A stretch of 64,000 nt of DNA from Shigella phage vB_SsoM_113: sequence record LR746311; one strand, given 5' to 3'. The notes under the pieces were generated by a model. That model was not told the origin of the DNA. It was given only the letters and a program-made list of their open reading frames with translations, and made no database searches. A program made the translations under genes and the position numbers. Positions 53,575-63,172 of the stretch are shown piece by piece (within the stretch, counting starts at the first letter, position 1; the number at the start of each line of letters is the position of its first letter).

Positions 53575-53632
53575 TTTACAAGTCCATCGTGTTGTGTTAT
53601 AATAATCTTACTGACATAACATGAGGAACACA
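53574..53632 (+). promoter_or_regulatory. promoter plus 5' leader hairpin covering the RBS (repeat copy 2)
   Basis: gtttac 53574-53579 overlapping the alt-2 stop; tataat 53598-53603; same stem arms as the element at 37783 with a different loop. Confidence 0.45.
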
Positions 53633-53634
53633 AA

Positions 53635-53925
53635 ATGAAATCTTCTTTACGCTTTTTAGGTCAAGAACTTATAGTTGAAGGCGTTATTCCTGCTGATAAT
53701 GCTTTTAATGAAGCAGTTTATGATGAATTTATCAAAATTTTTGGAATAGATAAAAAGTTCGGAATTTTTCCTTCTGAAAATTTTTCAAAGCCAGAGCAGA
53801 CTGAAAGCATTTTCCAAGGTGTAGTAACAGGTAAATTCGAGTCAGAAGCTCCGGTAAAAATTGAAGTTTATATTGAAGACAGTTTAGTTGCTTCAGTTGC
53901 TGCTTTTATTTCATTCCGTAAATAA
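53635..53925 (+). CDS. hypothetical protein (alt.-1 position)
   Basis: 96-aa ORF after the repeated leader element. Confidence 0.5.
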   Translation: MKSSLRFLGQELIVEGVIPADNAFNEAVYDEFIKIFGIDKKFGIFPSENFSKPEQTESIFQGVVTGKFESEAPVKIEVYIEDSLVASVAAFISFRK

Positions 53926-53931
53926 AAATAT

Positions 53932-53949
53932 GGGGACCAAAAGGTCCCC
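53932..53949. terminator. bidirectional terminator between convergent units
   Basis: ggggacc-aaaa-ggtcccc perfect hairpin between the + ORF ending 53925 and - strand gene 54 ending 53954. Confidence 0.55.
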
Positions 53950-53953
53950 ATTG

Positions 53954-54919
53954 TTATATTGCTCCTAATATTTTACTTTGCGAATTGACAATTCCCGTCA
54001 TAGTATTAATGTTTGAAATGCTTCCAGCAGTTCCCCCTAATCTACTAAGTCGTGAAAGCGAATTAGATAATCCAGTAACACCTCCACTATTTCCGAGAAC
54101 GCTTTGAATGCCATTTATAGCAGCAGATTCAAGCCACTCAAGCGCAGCTTGTCTATCAACTGACCCAGCTTGCATGACTCTATACGCAAAAGTAACATCA
54201 AATGTAGTTATTTGGTTATCTCCATCATATGATAACTCAGGAGCGCTCACTGACACTGGAATGCATCCGGTGAACATCACTGCAGTATGAGGTAATCCAT
54301 TACGAGCATGAAGATTAACCTGAATATCTGCCTCGACATCTTGTGGCAAAGCGCGCAGTCCAGTTACTGGGTCTTGAACAGCGTTAACCCAGTCTTGCAT
54401 TGCACGATAGTTACAAGCTTCTGAATCCATTCTAAATGAAATAACCAAAGGGTCTAATTCTCTCCCAGTTATACGAATATTAGGAGAGTTATAGTTCCAG
54501 TCAGTTTCATAGGATAATCTATTCTCTGGCATTTTTACAGAATATATCATCAATCCAGACGAGTTATATGCCATGTTAAAGAAGTCAATTAAATATGTAC
54601 CGACGGTAAATGAGCCCAATAAACTTTGAACTGTACGTTGACTCATGGCACCAATAAGATATTTACTAACCCCTGATTTTCTTATCAGTTTTTGTGTGCC
54701 AGCAGTAATTAGCGTGGTAATTCCCTGATTAATATCGCCTTGAGACAATCCTAACCAGTCTGAATTTAAACCCAAATTATTATAAGAAAAGTTGCTAATT
54801 GAACTTATCAACGAAGAGCTTTTAGTTGATGGAGTTGTCGCAAAAACACAGCTAAACATATTATTACGTTGAAAATCTGCGTTTATTGCTTGATTATTAA
54901 ATTCCTCTAAAGAATACAT
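53954..54919 (-). CDS. 54: baseplate tail tube initiator gp54
   Basis: 321 aa (T4 gp54 is 320), last gene of the 51-27-28-29-48-54 block. Confidence 0.8.
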   Translation of the reverse strand: MYSLEEFNNQAINADFQRNNMFSCVFATTPSTKSSSLISSISNFSYNNLGLNSDWLGLSQGDINQGITTLITAGTQKLIRKSGVSKYLIGAMSQRTVQSLLGSFTVGTYLIDFFNMAYNSSGLMIYSVKMPENRLSYETDWNYNSPNIRITGRELDPLVISFRMDSEACNYRAMQDWVNAVQDPVTGLRALPQDVEADIQVNLHARNGLPHTAVMFTGCIPVSVSAPELSYDGDNQITTFDVTFAYRVMQAGSVDRQAALEWLESAAINGIQSVLGNSGGVTGLSNSLSRLSRLGGTAGSISNINTMTGIVNSQSKILGAI

Positions 54920-56013
54920 TAAAAAGTCCCCGCATATAAAGAAGCACGATTTAACGTGATAATTTCTCTCATAGTAATCTCAAGAGTAAATGTACTAGGG
55001 AGGTTTGGAGCAATAGCTAATCCGTTAAAATTACCATTCGGAGTTTTATCAAATCTAATACTTTGAATTTGACACGGTCCAAACACTTCTGTTTTTCCGT
55101 CAAATTTAGAAGTTGCGCCAAAGTTTTTAACCATCCAAATTGTCGGGTTTGAAACTACAAGAACGTTAGTTAAACTCGATGTCATTTTCTCAAATAACGT
55201 CTTATTTTTAACTGCATCTTCTGGAGTTAATGGCTCAATAAAAGTAGAGCGATACCACTCATCTAAATATCCTTTTATTTCAGCAGCATATTGAGATTTA
55301 CCCGTTTCACCATAAGAAAAATAGTTAAAATATTGATAGATATTAATAATAGCCATTAAATCTTCTGTGGAACGCGGAGTCAAATCCCAAGTGAACACTT
55401 TAGTTCTATTCTCAGCACCACCATACATACTTCTGGCTGTCGTATAAATCTGTTCATTATTATCAGCCATTATACCTTGTGTTATACTTTCCAGTGCTCC
55501 AAATACTGCAGTTGAAGCCATATTGCTTAACACGCCAGTAGCAGTACCTCCACCTTTTGTAATAAGACTATCTTGAACATCGTTAAATCTATGTGATGAT
55601 GTATCAACATCGGATTTAGATCTCGGTAAAAGAATATTTGCAACAGGAACTTTACTTATTGTTCCTGAATTATTATCTGATATTAATCCATTTGACAGTT
55701 TTGATACTGTATTACTGATAGTGTTTCTGGCTGTACGTAAAATACTAGAAGATGAAGAAGAGTAGTTAGATCTCATCGTTCTGAGACTTCCAGAATCCCT
55801 AGATGACATATTGTATGCAGTAAATAATAATCCATTCTTATATAGATCTGTTACCTGGAAGTCCCCTGTAGTGTCATTCCCACTAGCACGCCCAGTTGGA
55901 AACTGGGCTGTGTATGTTTTAGTTCCTACTTCTGATTTAGTACTCTGTCCGGCTGAAATTTTCTCACCGGACTTTTTAATTAAATCAGCAGTTATTTCTT
56001 TAACAATTGCCAT
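54919..56013 (-). CDS. 48: baseplate tail tube cap gp48
   Basis: 364 aa (same as T4 gp48), conserved position. Confidence 0.8.
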   Translation of the reverse strand: MAIVKEITADLIKKSGEKISAGQSTKSEVGTKTYTAQFPTGRASGNDTTGDFQVTDLYKNGLLFTAYNMSSRDSGSLRTMRSNYSSSSSSILRTARNTISNTVSKLSNGLISDNNSGTISKVPVANILLPRSKSDVDTSSHRFNDVQDSLITKGGGTATGVLSNMASTAVFGALESITQGIMADNNEQIYTTARSMYGGAENRTKVFTWDLTPRSTEDLMAIINIYQYFNYFSYGETGKSQYAAEIKGYLDEWYRSTFIEPLTPEDAVKNKTLFEKMTSSLTNVLVVSNPTIWMVKNFGATSKFDGKTEVFGPCQIQSIRFDKTPNGNFNGLAIAPNLPSTFTLEITMREIITLNRASLYAGTF

Positions 56014-56021
56014 ATTATTCC

Positions 56022-57794
56022 TTAATTAACTCCAGTCGCGCCAAATACACCAGGAGCAGTTGTGCTCGTTACGGGTGTCATATTATGAACGACAGTATTT
56101 TTCTTAATAACATTATTAGTATTATTGATCGAAGGAGATGCTTGTTGAACAGGAGCCTGTTGTGCTTTGTTCTTTTCTATTACCTGGACTTGTTTTGCTT
56201 CTGGCGATTTAGCAGAAGTTTCAGGTTTGGCATTAGGCTGATTTTTCTTGAGCTCTTGATAAGTAGCATCAATTTTAGAAAATCTAGCAGCAAGTTCTTT
56301 TTTAACTGCTGGTGAATTATTTAAATCCGGGTCATCCATCCGTTTTTTAAGGTCTTCATAGGCAGCTTCAACTGATTTAACCGTTGAGTCTTTACTCATA
56401 TCAGCCGAATCAGCGTATTTTTCAAAACGAATCATCGCAGCACGAGCTTCATTAGCCTTCATTAAAGCGTTTTTTCTTTCTTCTGGTGAAAGTTGCTTTA
56501 ATTTTTCTTCTTCTGCTGCGCGTTCTTCATCAGTTGTCAATGCTTCTTTATTATCAACACCACGAATCCAGTTAGATGCACGGGTTTTCCAATTAGCAAT
56601 TTTATCTAATCCTTTTGCTATTGGACCAAGATCGTCATTCATTCGTTTATCTTGATAATTTGCTACTTTTTCTTGGTCTTCTTTATTGAGAGATGCTCCA
56701 GTAGAATTTTGGAAATTTTCTAATGCTCTTCCTTCTACTTCATCAGCAGTATCTTTCATACCAGGAATAACTCGAAGAATTGCTGCTGATAATTTAGCCA
56801 TTCCAAGTTGAATAAGTTCTCCTAAATTATAAAGAACACTTCCAAGTCCTTCCACAATAGCTACTGTCAATCCACCCCAGTCTCCAGCTTCCCAGAACTT
56901 TTTAATTTTATCAATAGATTTAAAGATGCTCTGTAATAAAGGACCCCAAGTTCCGGTTTCGCTTGAAAAAGTTTTAAAATCAGTGCTAAACAAATCCCAG
57001 GCTTTTGAAAATTTATCTGACCAATATTTAAAATGAACCATCAGTAGGTCTATTCCAATAACAACAGCCATTATTAATGCAACCATTTTAGCAGCTTCAA
57101 TAGCAGCACTGACAGTATACTTAAATAGCATGCTTGATATTTTATCAGTAATTGAAATGGATTTTTTAAATCCAAAATCAACAGTCTTTGTTAATTTATC
57201 TAAAGCTTGAGATAATTTTAAATTAAATGCTTCTTTTTTCTGTTTTTCTTCCGGTGACTCTCGCTTAGGTTCAACTGGTTGAGGGGCAGGGAAAAAATCA
57301 GCGTCAGGATCATTATTAACTGCTTCAGGAGCTGGTAATAATGGACCAACAAATTCAGCTGTATCATCCTCAACAACTTTAACGGGAATAGCACTTTCGA
57401 CTACAGCTAAGCTGGTTCCTGTCTGTTGAATTCCAGCTGTTTGAATTTTTTGTTCTAGTAAACTCGTTAATTTATCTAATTTACTTCCGAGTGATTCACC
57501 GATTTCTTTATTAATATTGTTGCCAATTTCTACAGTTTCAGCAATTAACTCAGAACCAGCAGTAGTATCACTCACTGCGCTTTCGACATTGTCAATTGCT
57601 CCAATTATTTCATTCGATTTTTCTTCAACAGTTTGAGCTATTAATTCAGAAGCAGCTTGAGCATCATCCAATTTTGTAGAAATGTCATTAAGCCCAGATA
57701 AAGTGTTAGAAGCGGATTTAGCCGCTTCCTGAACTGGTTTATTATCTGAAATAACTTTTCTACGCATCGTTTGCATTTCTTGTGGCTTTTTCAT
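56022..57794 (-). CDS. 29: baseplate hub / tail-length determining protein gp29
   Basis: 590 aa (same as T4 gp29), conserved position. Confidence 0.8.
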   Translation of the reverse strand: MKKPQEMQTMRRKVISDNKPVQEAAKSASNTLSGLNDISTKLDDAQAASELIAQTVEEKSNEIIGAIDNVESAVSDTTAGSELIAETVEIGNNINKEIGESLGSKLDKLTSLLEQKIQTAGIQQTGTSLAVVESAIPVKVVEDDTAEFVGPLLPAPEAVNNDPDADFFPAPQPVEPKRESPEEKQKKEAFNLKLSQALDKLTKTVDFGFKKSISITDKISSMLFKYTVSAAIEAAKMVALIMAVVIGIDLLMVHFKYWSDKFSKAWDLFSTDFKTFSSETGTWGPLLQSIFKSIDKIKKFWEAGDWGGLTVAIVEGLGSVLYNLGELIQLGMAKLSAAILRVIPGMKDTADEVEGRALENFQNSTGASLNKEDQEKVANYQDKRMNDDLGPIAKGLDKIANWKTRASNWIRGVDNKEALTTDEERAAEEEKLKQLSPEERKNALMKANEARAAMIRFEKYADSADMSKDSTVKSVEAAYEDLKKRMDDPDLNNSPAVKKELAARFSKIDATYQELKKNQPNAKPETSAKSPEAKQVQVIEKNKAQQAPVQQASPSINNTNNVIKKNTVVHNMTPVTSTTAPGVFGATGVN

Positions 57795-58324
57795 TCAAAT
57801 AATCCAATAATATTGCCAATTCCAGTTATTGGACCATTAGGGCCAGGAATTGCTAAAGTTGTAGAAATATCATTTGCCCATTTTAATACAAATGCTGGCA
57901 TCTCAAGAAAATTAATTTCTTTAACTTCATCATTGACCTTAAGCAAGCATTTAGATAACATATCGCTTACTGTCAAAAATTGCTCAAATTTTCCAGGAGG
58001 TCTAAAATAAAATGTATTTCCTTGGTATTGAAATTCTAATCTTTGGCATACATAAACGTCATTTATGTCATAAGTATAACCATCTATTTCTTTACGAGAT
58101 TTAATCTTTCCATTAAATTCCAATAAATGAATGGAAACGAAATCAACTTCTGCTGGTGATAAATTCGGACAAATAGAATCGATCAAAAGTTTTAAATTTT
58201 CATCAGGACCTTTAACATCTTTTAAAATGTTATAATGTTTAAGACCCATTTTAGGAATAGAAACTTCTTTATTGCTTATTGGAAGAACTACTTTCTTCAG
58301 TGGTAGTATCAGATTTAAATTCAT
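57791..58324 (-). CDS. 28: baseplate hub distal subunit gp28
   Basis: 177 aa (same as T4 gp28); start overlaps the gene 27 end. Confidence 0.75.
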   Translation of the reverse strand: MNLNLILPLKKVVLPISNKEVSIPKMGLKHYNILKDVKGPDENLKLLIDSICPNLSPAEVDFVSIHLLEFNGKIKSRKEIDGYTYDINDVYVCQRLEFQYQGNTFYFRPPGKFEQFLTVSDMLSKCLLKVNDEVKEINFLEMPAFVLKWANDISTTLAIPGPNGPITGIGNIIGLFE

Positions 58325-59444
58325 TTTTAACCTTAACTGGGTCTATTGTTTCCAGTTTCGTTGCATTAGTGAACATATATAGATGAGTTACTGAATTATT
58401 ATTGGATAATTCATGGATAACTTCATCAACGTAAAATTCTGTTTTAAATTGGTTTTTACTATCATTAAAAATAATTTTAACGCCAGGAGTCAAGTTAAAA
58501 TTACCGACAGTAGAACATTTAGCATAGCCATCGTATTGCGCCATAGTTTGAAGACGAATAGCTTCTTCATATCCATTCCTATAAGTCATTTCAGAATAAG
58601 CACCCGACCTTGACACTACAATAGAGTTTTCTCCCTTTCCTGTAGTAATCATTGGCAATGAAGAGTCTAAAAATGAATGCGCATAGATAGTAGCGTTTTT
58701 CATTGGGTCACGTTTGTGAGGATTCGATTTAGTCAACCAAATGAAATCATATGCTAATGGATATTTTAATTCTTGGATGAATTGACCTATTAAAGATGGC
58801 TCACCGACAATCATTGGATATGGTTCTTGATTTATCATCATATCATAGTCCATCATGTTAACTCCCATGATGTCTTGCCATACAAATACAAATTTGTCAC
58901 TTCCTACAGCTAGAGCAACTTCTCTGACATACGACAAATAGTTTTCAAATGTGCTAGTCCATGGAATATCAGGAACATAAGCATTTATAGCATTTATTGC
59001 TGGAGTTAATAACGTGCGATCCTGATAAATGACACCAAGCATTTCCTTTATAGATTCACCTGCATCAGGGAAAAACGGTCTGCCAAATTTAAGATTTTCT
59101 ATAGAATGAATAGTTCCCAATTCAATAGCAATGATGTTATCACCCTTTGAATCTACCGATACGGAAAAGTGCTTACATCCATAAATTCGTGTTTTAACAT
59201 TATTAATATCGTTTGCATTAGCTACAGAAATCTGAATTATTTCATTTCCATCCATTTTTGTATGGATATTTTTAGAATCATAAAACTGCAGCATTCCTTC
59301 ATTTCGACCATAAAGAGAATCCCGCATAGTTAATGTGGTAATAGTAGCAGCTAATTCAACAAATCTATTATTACTCCAAGCGTCATAACTCTCAAATAAT
59401 TTAACGCTGAGATTTGGATATCCGGGGCGTTGCAACATACTCAT
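58269..59444 (-). CDS. 27: baseplate hub subunit gp27
   Basis: 391 aa (same as T4 gp27). Confidence 0.8.
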   Translation of the reverse strand: MSMLQRPGYPNLSVKLFESYDAWSNNRFVELAATITTLTMRDSLYGRNEGMLQFYDSKNIHTKMDGNEIIQISVANANDINNVKTRIYGCKHFSVSVDSKGDNIIAIELGTIHSIENLKFGRPFFPDAGESIKEMLGVIYQDRTLLTPAINAINAYVPDIPWTSTFENYLSYVREVALAVGSDKFVFVWQDIMGVNMMDYDMMINQEPYPMIVGEPSLIGQFIQELKYPLAYDFIWLTKSNPHKRDPMKNATIYAHSFLDSSLPMITTGKGENSIVVSRSGAYSEMTYRNGYEEAIRLQTMAQYDGYAKCSTVGNFNLTPGVKIIFNDSKNQFKTEFYVDEVIHELSNNNSVTHLYMFTNATKLETIDPVKVKNEFKSDTTTEESSSSNKQ

Positions 59445-60193
59445 TGTTGTTTATCCTTCTCAATCAGTTTTAATACGAATCCGCGCTCAGCAGGAATCAT
59501 TTTCATTATTGAATTTAAGCTATAATTACTTTTTACGAGCGTGTGATTGATTTGATAAAAAGTAAATATTTCATCTGGGTTAACTAATAGCTTAAACACA
59601 TCTACTATATCAGTGTATTTTTTTACATACTTATTACAACACGACATATGCAGTGTTAAATTAATAGGATTCATTGCATCGAGAATTTTTTCTAATGTTT
59701 CTATCTCGATGGCGTCAACAAGTTCTATTTGACTCGATTCGCTAATTTCCTTCCAATCATACCACATTTCATCTACTTGAACAGAATGAATATTTTCAGT
59801 AATCATCTTTGCTTTATTTTCATAAAACTCAGAAGGAAACTTTAATTTAATTTTAACATTAGCTACATCAAAAACAGGTTCCTTTAATTCTTTTTGATAT
59901 ATTTCAAATGGAACTGTCTTTTCTTTTTTGCATTTTGGACATACAAATGTGACCGGTACTTTAGTTTTACCTATTGACCCTACAAATACCTGCAAAAATA
60001 TAAATGGTTGCCAAGTCTTCGGATAGTCTCCAAAATAATCGGCAATTAAATCAGCAATTATTTCTTTTTGTTCTTGCGGTGACCGATGTTCTATATCGTT
60101 TCGAACTAACAAAAAATCTCGATAATCTTCTACCGTAAATGGTTTAAAACGATGAACACCATCTGGTAATTTACAACGAATAATGTTTGCCAT
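59441..60193 (-). CDS. 51: baseplate hub assembly catalyst gp51
   Basis: 250 aa (T4 gp51 is 249), divergent from gene 26. Confidence 0.75.
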   Translation of the reverse strand: MANIIRCKLPDGVHRFKPFTVEDYRDFLLVRNDIEHRSPQEQKEIIADLIADYFGDYPKTWQPFIFLQVFVGSIGKTKVPVTFVCPKCKKEKTVPFEIYQKELKEPVFDVANVKIKLKFPSEFYENKAKMITENIHSVQVDEMWYDWKEISESSQIELVDAIEIETLEKILDAMNPINLTLHMSCCNKYVKKYTDIVDVFKLLVNPDEIFTFYQINHTLVKSNYSLNSIMKMIPAERGFVLKLIEKDKQQ

Positions 60194-60208
60194 AGATGCT
60201 CCTTTTAT

Positions 60209-60216
60209 TCTATTTA
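60209..60216 (-). promoter_or_regulatory. late promoter (TATAAATA) for the gene 51 block
   Basis: TATAAATA on the - strand 16 nt upstream of the gene 51 start. Confidence 0.5.
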
Positions 60217-60220
60217 TAAA
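60213..60220 (+). promoter_or_regulatory. late promoter (TATAAATA) for genes 26-25
   Basis: TATAAATA on the + strand 24 nt upstream of the gene 26 ATG; overlaps the - strand late promoter. Confidence 0.5.
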
Positions 60221-60243
60221 TATGATAAATAAAGGAGCTAAAT

Positions 60244-60870
60244 ATGTATGAATACAAATTTGACGTGAGAGTTGGTTCTAAAATAATCAACTGTCGCGCA
60301 TTTACTCTTAAAGAATATCTAGAACTTATTACTGCTAAAAAGAACGGTTCAGTAGAAGAGATCGTTAAAAAGCTAATCAAAGACTGTACAAATGCAAAAG
60401 ATTTAAACCGTCAAGAATCAGAACTACTATTGATTCATTTATGGGCGCATTCTCTTGGAGAAGTTAATCACGAAAACTCCTGGAAGTGCACCTGTGGAAC
60501 TGAAATACCAACCCATATAAATCTATTACATACACAAATAGATGCACCAGAAGACCTCTGGTATACACTGGGTGACATTAAAATTAAGTTCCATTACCCT
60601 AAAATTTTTGATGATAAAAACATAGCCAACATGATAGTATCATGTATAGAAACGATTCATGCTAACGGTGAAAGCATTCCAATTGAAGACTTAAATGAAA
60701 AAGAGTTGGAAGATTTATATTCTATCATCACAGAGTCAGATATTGTAGCTATAAAAGATATGCTTTTAAAGCCTACTATTTATTTGGCTGTTCCAATTAA
60801 GTGTCCAGAGTGTGGAAAAACTCACGCTCATGTAATAAGAGGACTCAAAGAATTCTTTGAGCTATTGTAA
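60244..60870 (+). CDS. 26: baseplate hub subunit gp26
   Basis: 208 aa (same as T4 gp26). Confidence 0.75.
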   Translation: MYEYKFDVRVGSKIINCRAFTLKEYLELITAKKNGSVEEIVKKLIKDCTNAKDLNRQESELLLIHLWAHSLGEVNHENSWKCTCGTEIPTHINLLHTQIDAPEDLWYTLGDIKIKFHYPKIFDDKNIANMIVSCIETIHANGESIPIEDLNEKELEDLYSIITESDIVAIKDMLLKPTIYLAVPIKCPECGKTHAHVIRGLKEFFELL

Positions 60871-61268
60871 TGGCAAATATTAATAAGCTTTATTCTGACA
60901 TTGACCCAGAAATGAAAATGGATTGGGATAAAGATGTTTCTAGATCCCTTGGATTAAGGTCAATTAAAAATAGCCTTTTAGGAATTATTACAACCAGGAA
61001 AGGGTCAAGACCATTTGACCCAGAATTTGGATGCGATTTATCTGACCAGCTTTTTGAGAATATGACTCCTCTTACTGCTGATACTGTTGAGCGTAACATT
61101 GAAAGCGCAGTAAGAAACTACGAGCCACGTATTGATAAATTAGCAGTTAATGTAATACCAGTTTATGATGATTATACTCTGATAGTAGAAATACGCTTTT
61201 CAGTCATCGATAACCCTGATGATATTGAGCAGATAAAACTGCAACTGTCTTCTAATAACAGAGTATAA
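60870..61268 (+). CDS. 25: baseplate wedge subunit gp25
   Basis: 132 aa (same as T4 gp25), TAATG overlap with gene 26. Confidence 0.8.
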   Translation: MANINKLYSDIDPEMKMDWDKDVSRSLGLRSIKNSLLGIITTRKGSRPFDPEFGCDLSDQLFENMTPLTADTVERNIESAVRNYEPRIDKLAVNVIPVYDDYTLIVEIRFSVIDNPDDIEQIKLQLSSNNRV

Positions 61269-61294
61269 TGCTTCACGTATAAACGTGGTATAAT
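61269..61294 (+). promoter_or_regulatory. MotA-dependent middle promoter for uvsY
   Basis: MotA box tgcttca at 61269-61275, 13-nt gap, tataat at 61289-61294. Confidence 0.5.
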
Positions 61295-61334
61295 GAATCT
61301 AAGTCCATCCAATAACAATTGAATAGAGAACAAC

Positions 61335-61748
61335 ATGAAATTAGAAGATCTTCAAGAAGAATTGAAGAAAGATGTGTTTATAGATTCGACTAAATTACAG
61401 TATGAAGCAGCTAATAATGTGATGTTATATAGTAAATGGCTCAATAAGCATTCAAGTATTAAAAAGGAAATGCTTAGAATTGAAGCACAGAAAAAAGTTG
61501 CTCTTAAAGCTAAATTAGACTACTACTCGGGACGAGGAGATGGTGATGAATTTAGTATGGACCGTTATGAGAAATCAGAAATGAAGACAGTTCTATCAGC
61601 TGATAAGGATGTTTTAAAAGTTGATACTTCATTGCAATATTGGGGAATTTTATTGGATTTCTGTAGCGGAGCTCTTGATGCTATTAAATCACGCGGATTT
61701 GCTATTAAGCATATTCAAGACATGCGAGCATTTGAGGCTGGAAAATAA
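61335..61748 (+). CDS. uvsY: recombination mediator UvsY
   Basis: 137 aa (same as T4 UvsY), downstream of gene 25. Confidence 0.85.
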   Translation: MKLEDLQEELKKDVFIDSTKLQYEAANNVMLYSKWLNKHSSIKKEMLRIEAQKKVALKAKLDYYSGRGDGDEFSMDRYEKSEMKTVLSADKDVLKVDTSLQYWGILLDFCSGALDAIKSRGFAIKHIQDMRAFEAGK

Positions 61749-61972
61749 TGAAATATAGCATTGATGATGCTTTTAATTATGAAGAAGAATTCGAAACGGA
61801 AATTCAATTCTTAATGAAAAAGTATAATCTCAAGCGTCAGGATATTCGTATCCTGGCCGACCACCCATGCGGTGAAGATGTACTTTATGTTAAAGGAAAA
61901 TTTGCCGGATATCTTGATGAATATTTTTATTCTAAAGATATGGGCATTGATATGCATATGAGAGTTATATAA
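61748..61972 (+). CDS. hypothetical protein (uvsY.-1 position)
   Basis: 74 aa, ATGA overlap with uvsY. Confidence 0.45.
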   Translation: MKYSIDDAFNYEEEFETEIQFLMKKYNLKRQDIRILADHPCGEDVLYVKGKFAGYLDEYFYSKDMGIDMHMRVI

Positions 61973-62000
61973 ATAGATATATAATTTAGAGGAGACAATC

Positions 62001-62168
62001 ATGTCAGATAAGATTTGTGTTGTCTGTAAAACTCCAATCGATTCTGCATTGGTTGTTGAAACAGACAAAGGTCCTGTACATCCTGGGCCTTGTTATAATT
62101 ACATTAAAGAACTACCAGTTTCAGAAAGTTCGGAAGAACAATTAAATGAAACACAACTTTTGCTATAG
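62001..62168 (+). CDS. small Cys-containing protein (uvsY.-2 position)
   Basis: 55 aa with GGAGA RBS; CVVC...HPGPC suggests a zinc ribbon. Confidence 0.4.
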   Translation: MSDKICVVCKTPIDSALVVETDKGPVHPGPCYNYIKELPVSESSEEQLNETQLLL

Positions 62169-62191
62169 TGTGACCTTTAGTCTATAGTTTT

Positions 62192-62220
62192 GGCCCTTCC
62201 TTTTTGGTTGGGCCTTTTTT
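62192..62220. terminator. bidirectional terminator between convergent units
   Basis: ggccc...gggcc inverted repeat followed by tttttt, between + and - strand genes. Confidence 0.45.
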
Positions 62221-62223
62221 AAT

Positions 62224-62466
62224 TTAAAAGCTTTCTTCTACTTCATCGTCTGAATCTTCTAATTCAGCTCTTTTTCCTGCCAAAGCATCTCTCACAGAGA
62301 TGTCATCAGTATCTTTTAATTCAGTTTCTTTAACTCTTTTCTTGTAATAAGCTTCAAGTTCTTCTAGACCTTCTATCGTTTGACAAGAGGCAATTTTACC
62401 CATAAATTCATCAATAGAAGCTTCATAAAGAAATTGTTTAAATTCTAGTAACATCTTTTTCTCCAA
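62224..62466 (-). CDS. UvsW.1-like small acidic protein
   Basis: 80-aa ORF in the position where T4 uvsW.1 follows uvsW. Confidence 0.5.
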   Translation of the reverse strand: MEKKMLLEFKQFLYEASIDEFMGKIASCQTIEGLEELEAYYKKRVKETELKDTDDISVRDALAGKRAELEDSDDEVEESF

Positions 62467-62479
62467 AGGGCCGAAGCCC

Positions 62480-63172
62480 TTATAAATTAACTGTTTTTCT
62501 AAGTATTCTTAGTTTGTACATTGATAATCCAGTAGCTTTAGAAGCATCTTTCATACATTTATACTTAACACCATTTACTTCTATAGGTTTAGCAGCTGGG
62601 TTATTAGCTCCTGAATTATCTGGCATGTTATCTTTAATTTTCTGAATAGATTTAGCGGAATGCTTCCTTCCATACATGCCGTTATTTTTACCCGATTGAT
62701 TGATTGAATGTAATCTTTTAGCTTCTTCAGTCCATTTCGTTGGGTTCATTCTTTTAGTTTTACTAATTTTATTTCCCCATGTAATTGGACGGCTTTTCAT
62801 GAGTTTTGACATATATTGTTTATGTTCTTCCGTATGATGTTTTCCGTAAAATGGATTACCTTCGCCGGATTGAAGTTCTGCCATTTTACGACGTTCCCAT
62901 GCGTAAGATTTATTGACGTGTCTTTCATGAGTATTTGAATTCATTCCCATACATATAACGGCTTTAATTATACCGTAATGATTTGGATGAATTTTAGCTA
63001 AAAGTTTATGGGCTATAAAATGTTCTTCAGCCGTTAGTTCTACTAAATTACACTTATCATCTGTACCACCCATACATCTAGGAATTATATGATGAGTTTC
63101 AGTGTATCCATTAAGGCGAGCCCGATTCTGGGCTCTATTAATTAAATTATCATATATTAATTTATAATTCAA
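62480..63172 (-). CDS. HNH homing endonuclease with NUMOD3 repeats
   Basis: 230 aa; HNH core ETHHIIPRCMGGTDDKCNLVELTAEEHFIAH; three NUMOD3-like repeats (GEGNPFYGKHHTEEHK, GKNNGMYGRKHSAKS, DNSGANNPAAKPIEVNG); basic C-terminus. Confidence 0.75.
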   Translation of the reverse strand: MNYKLIYDNLINRAQNRARLNGYTETHHIIPRCMGGTDDKCNLVELTAEEHFIAHKLLAKIHPNHYGIIKAVICMGMNSNTHERHVNKSYAWERRKMAELQSGEGNPFYGKHHTEEHKQYMSKLMKSRPITWGNKISKTKRMNPTKWTEEAKRLHSINQSGKNNGMYGRKHSAKSIQKIKDNMPDNSGANNPAAKPIEVNGVKYKCMKDASKATGLSMYKLRILRKTVNL

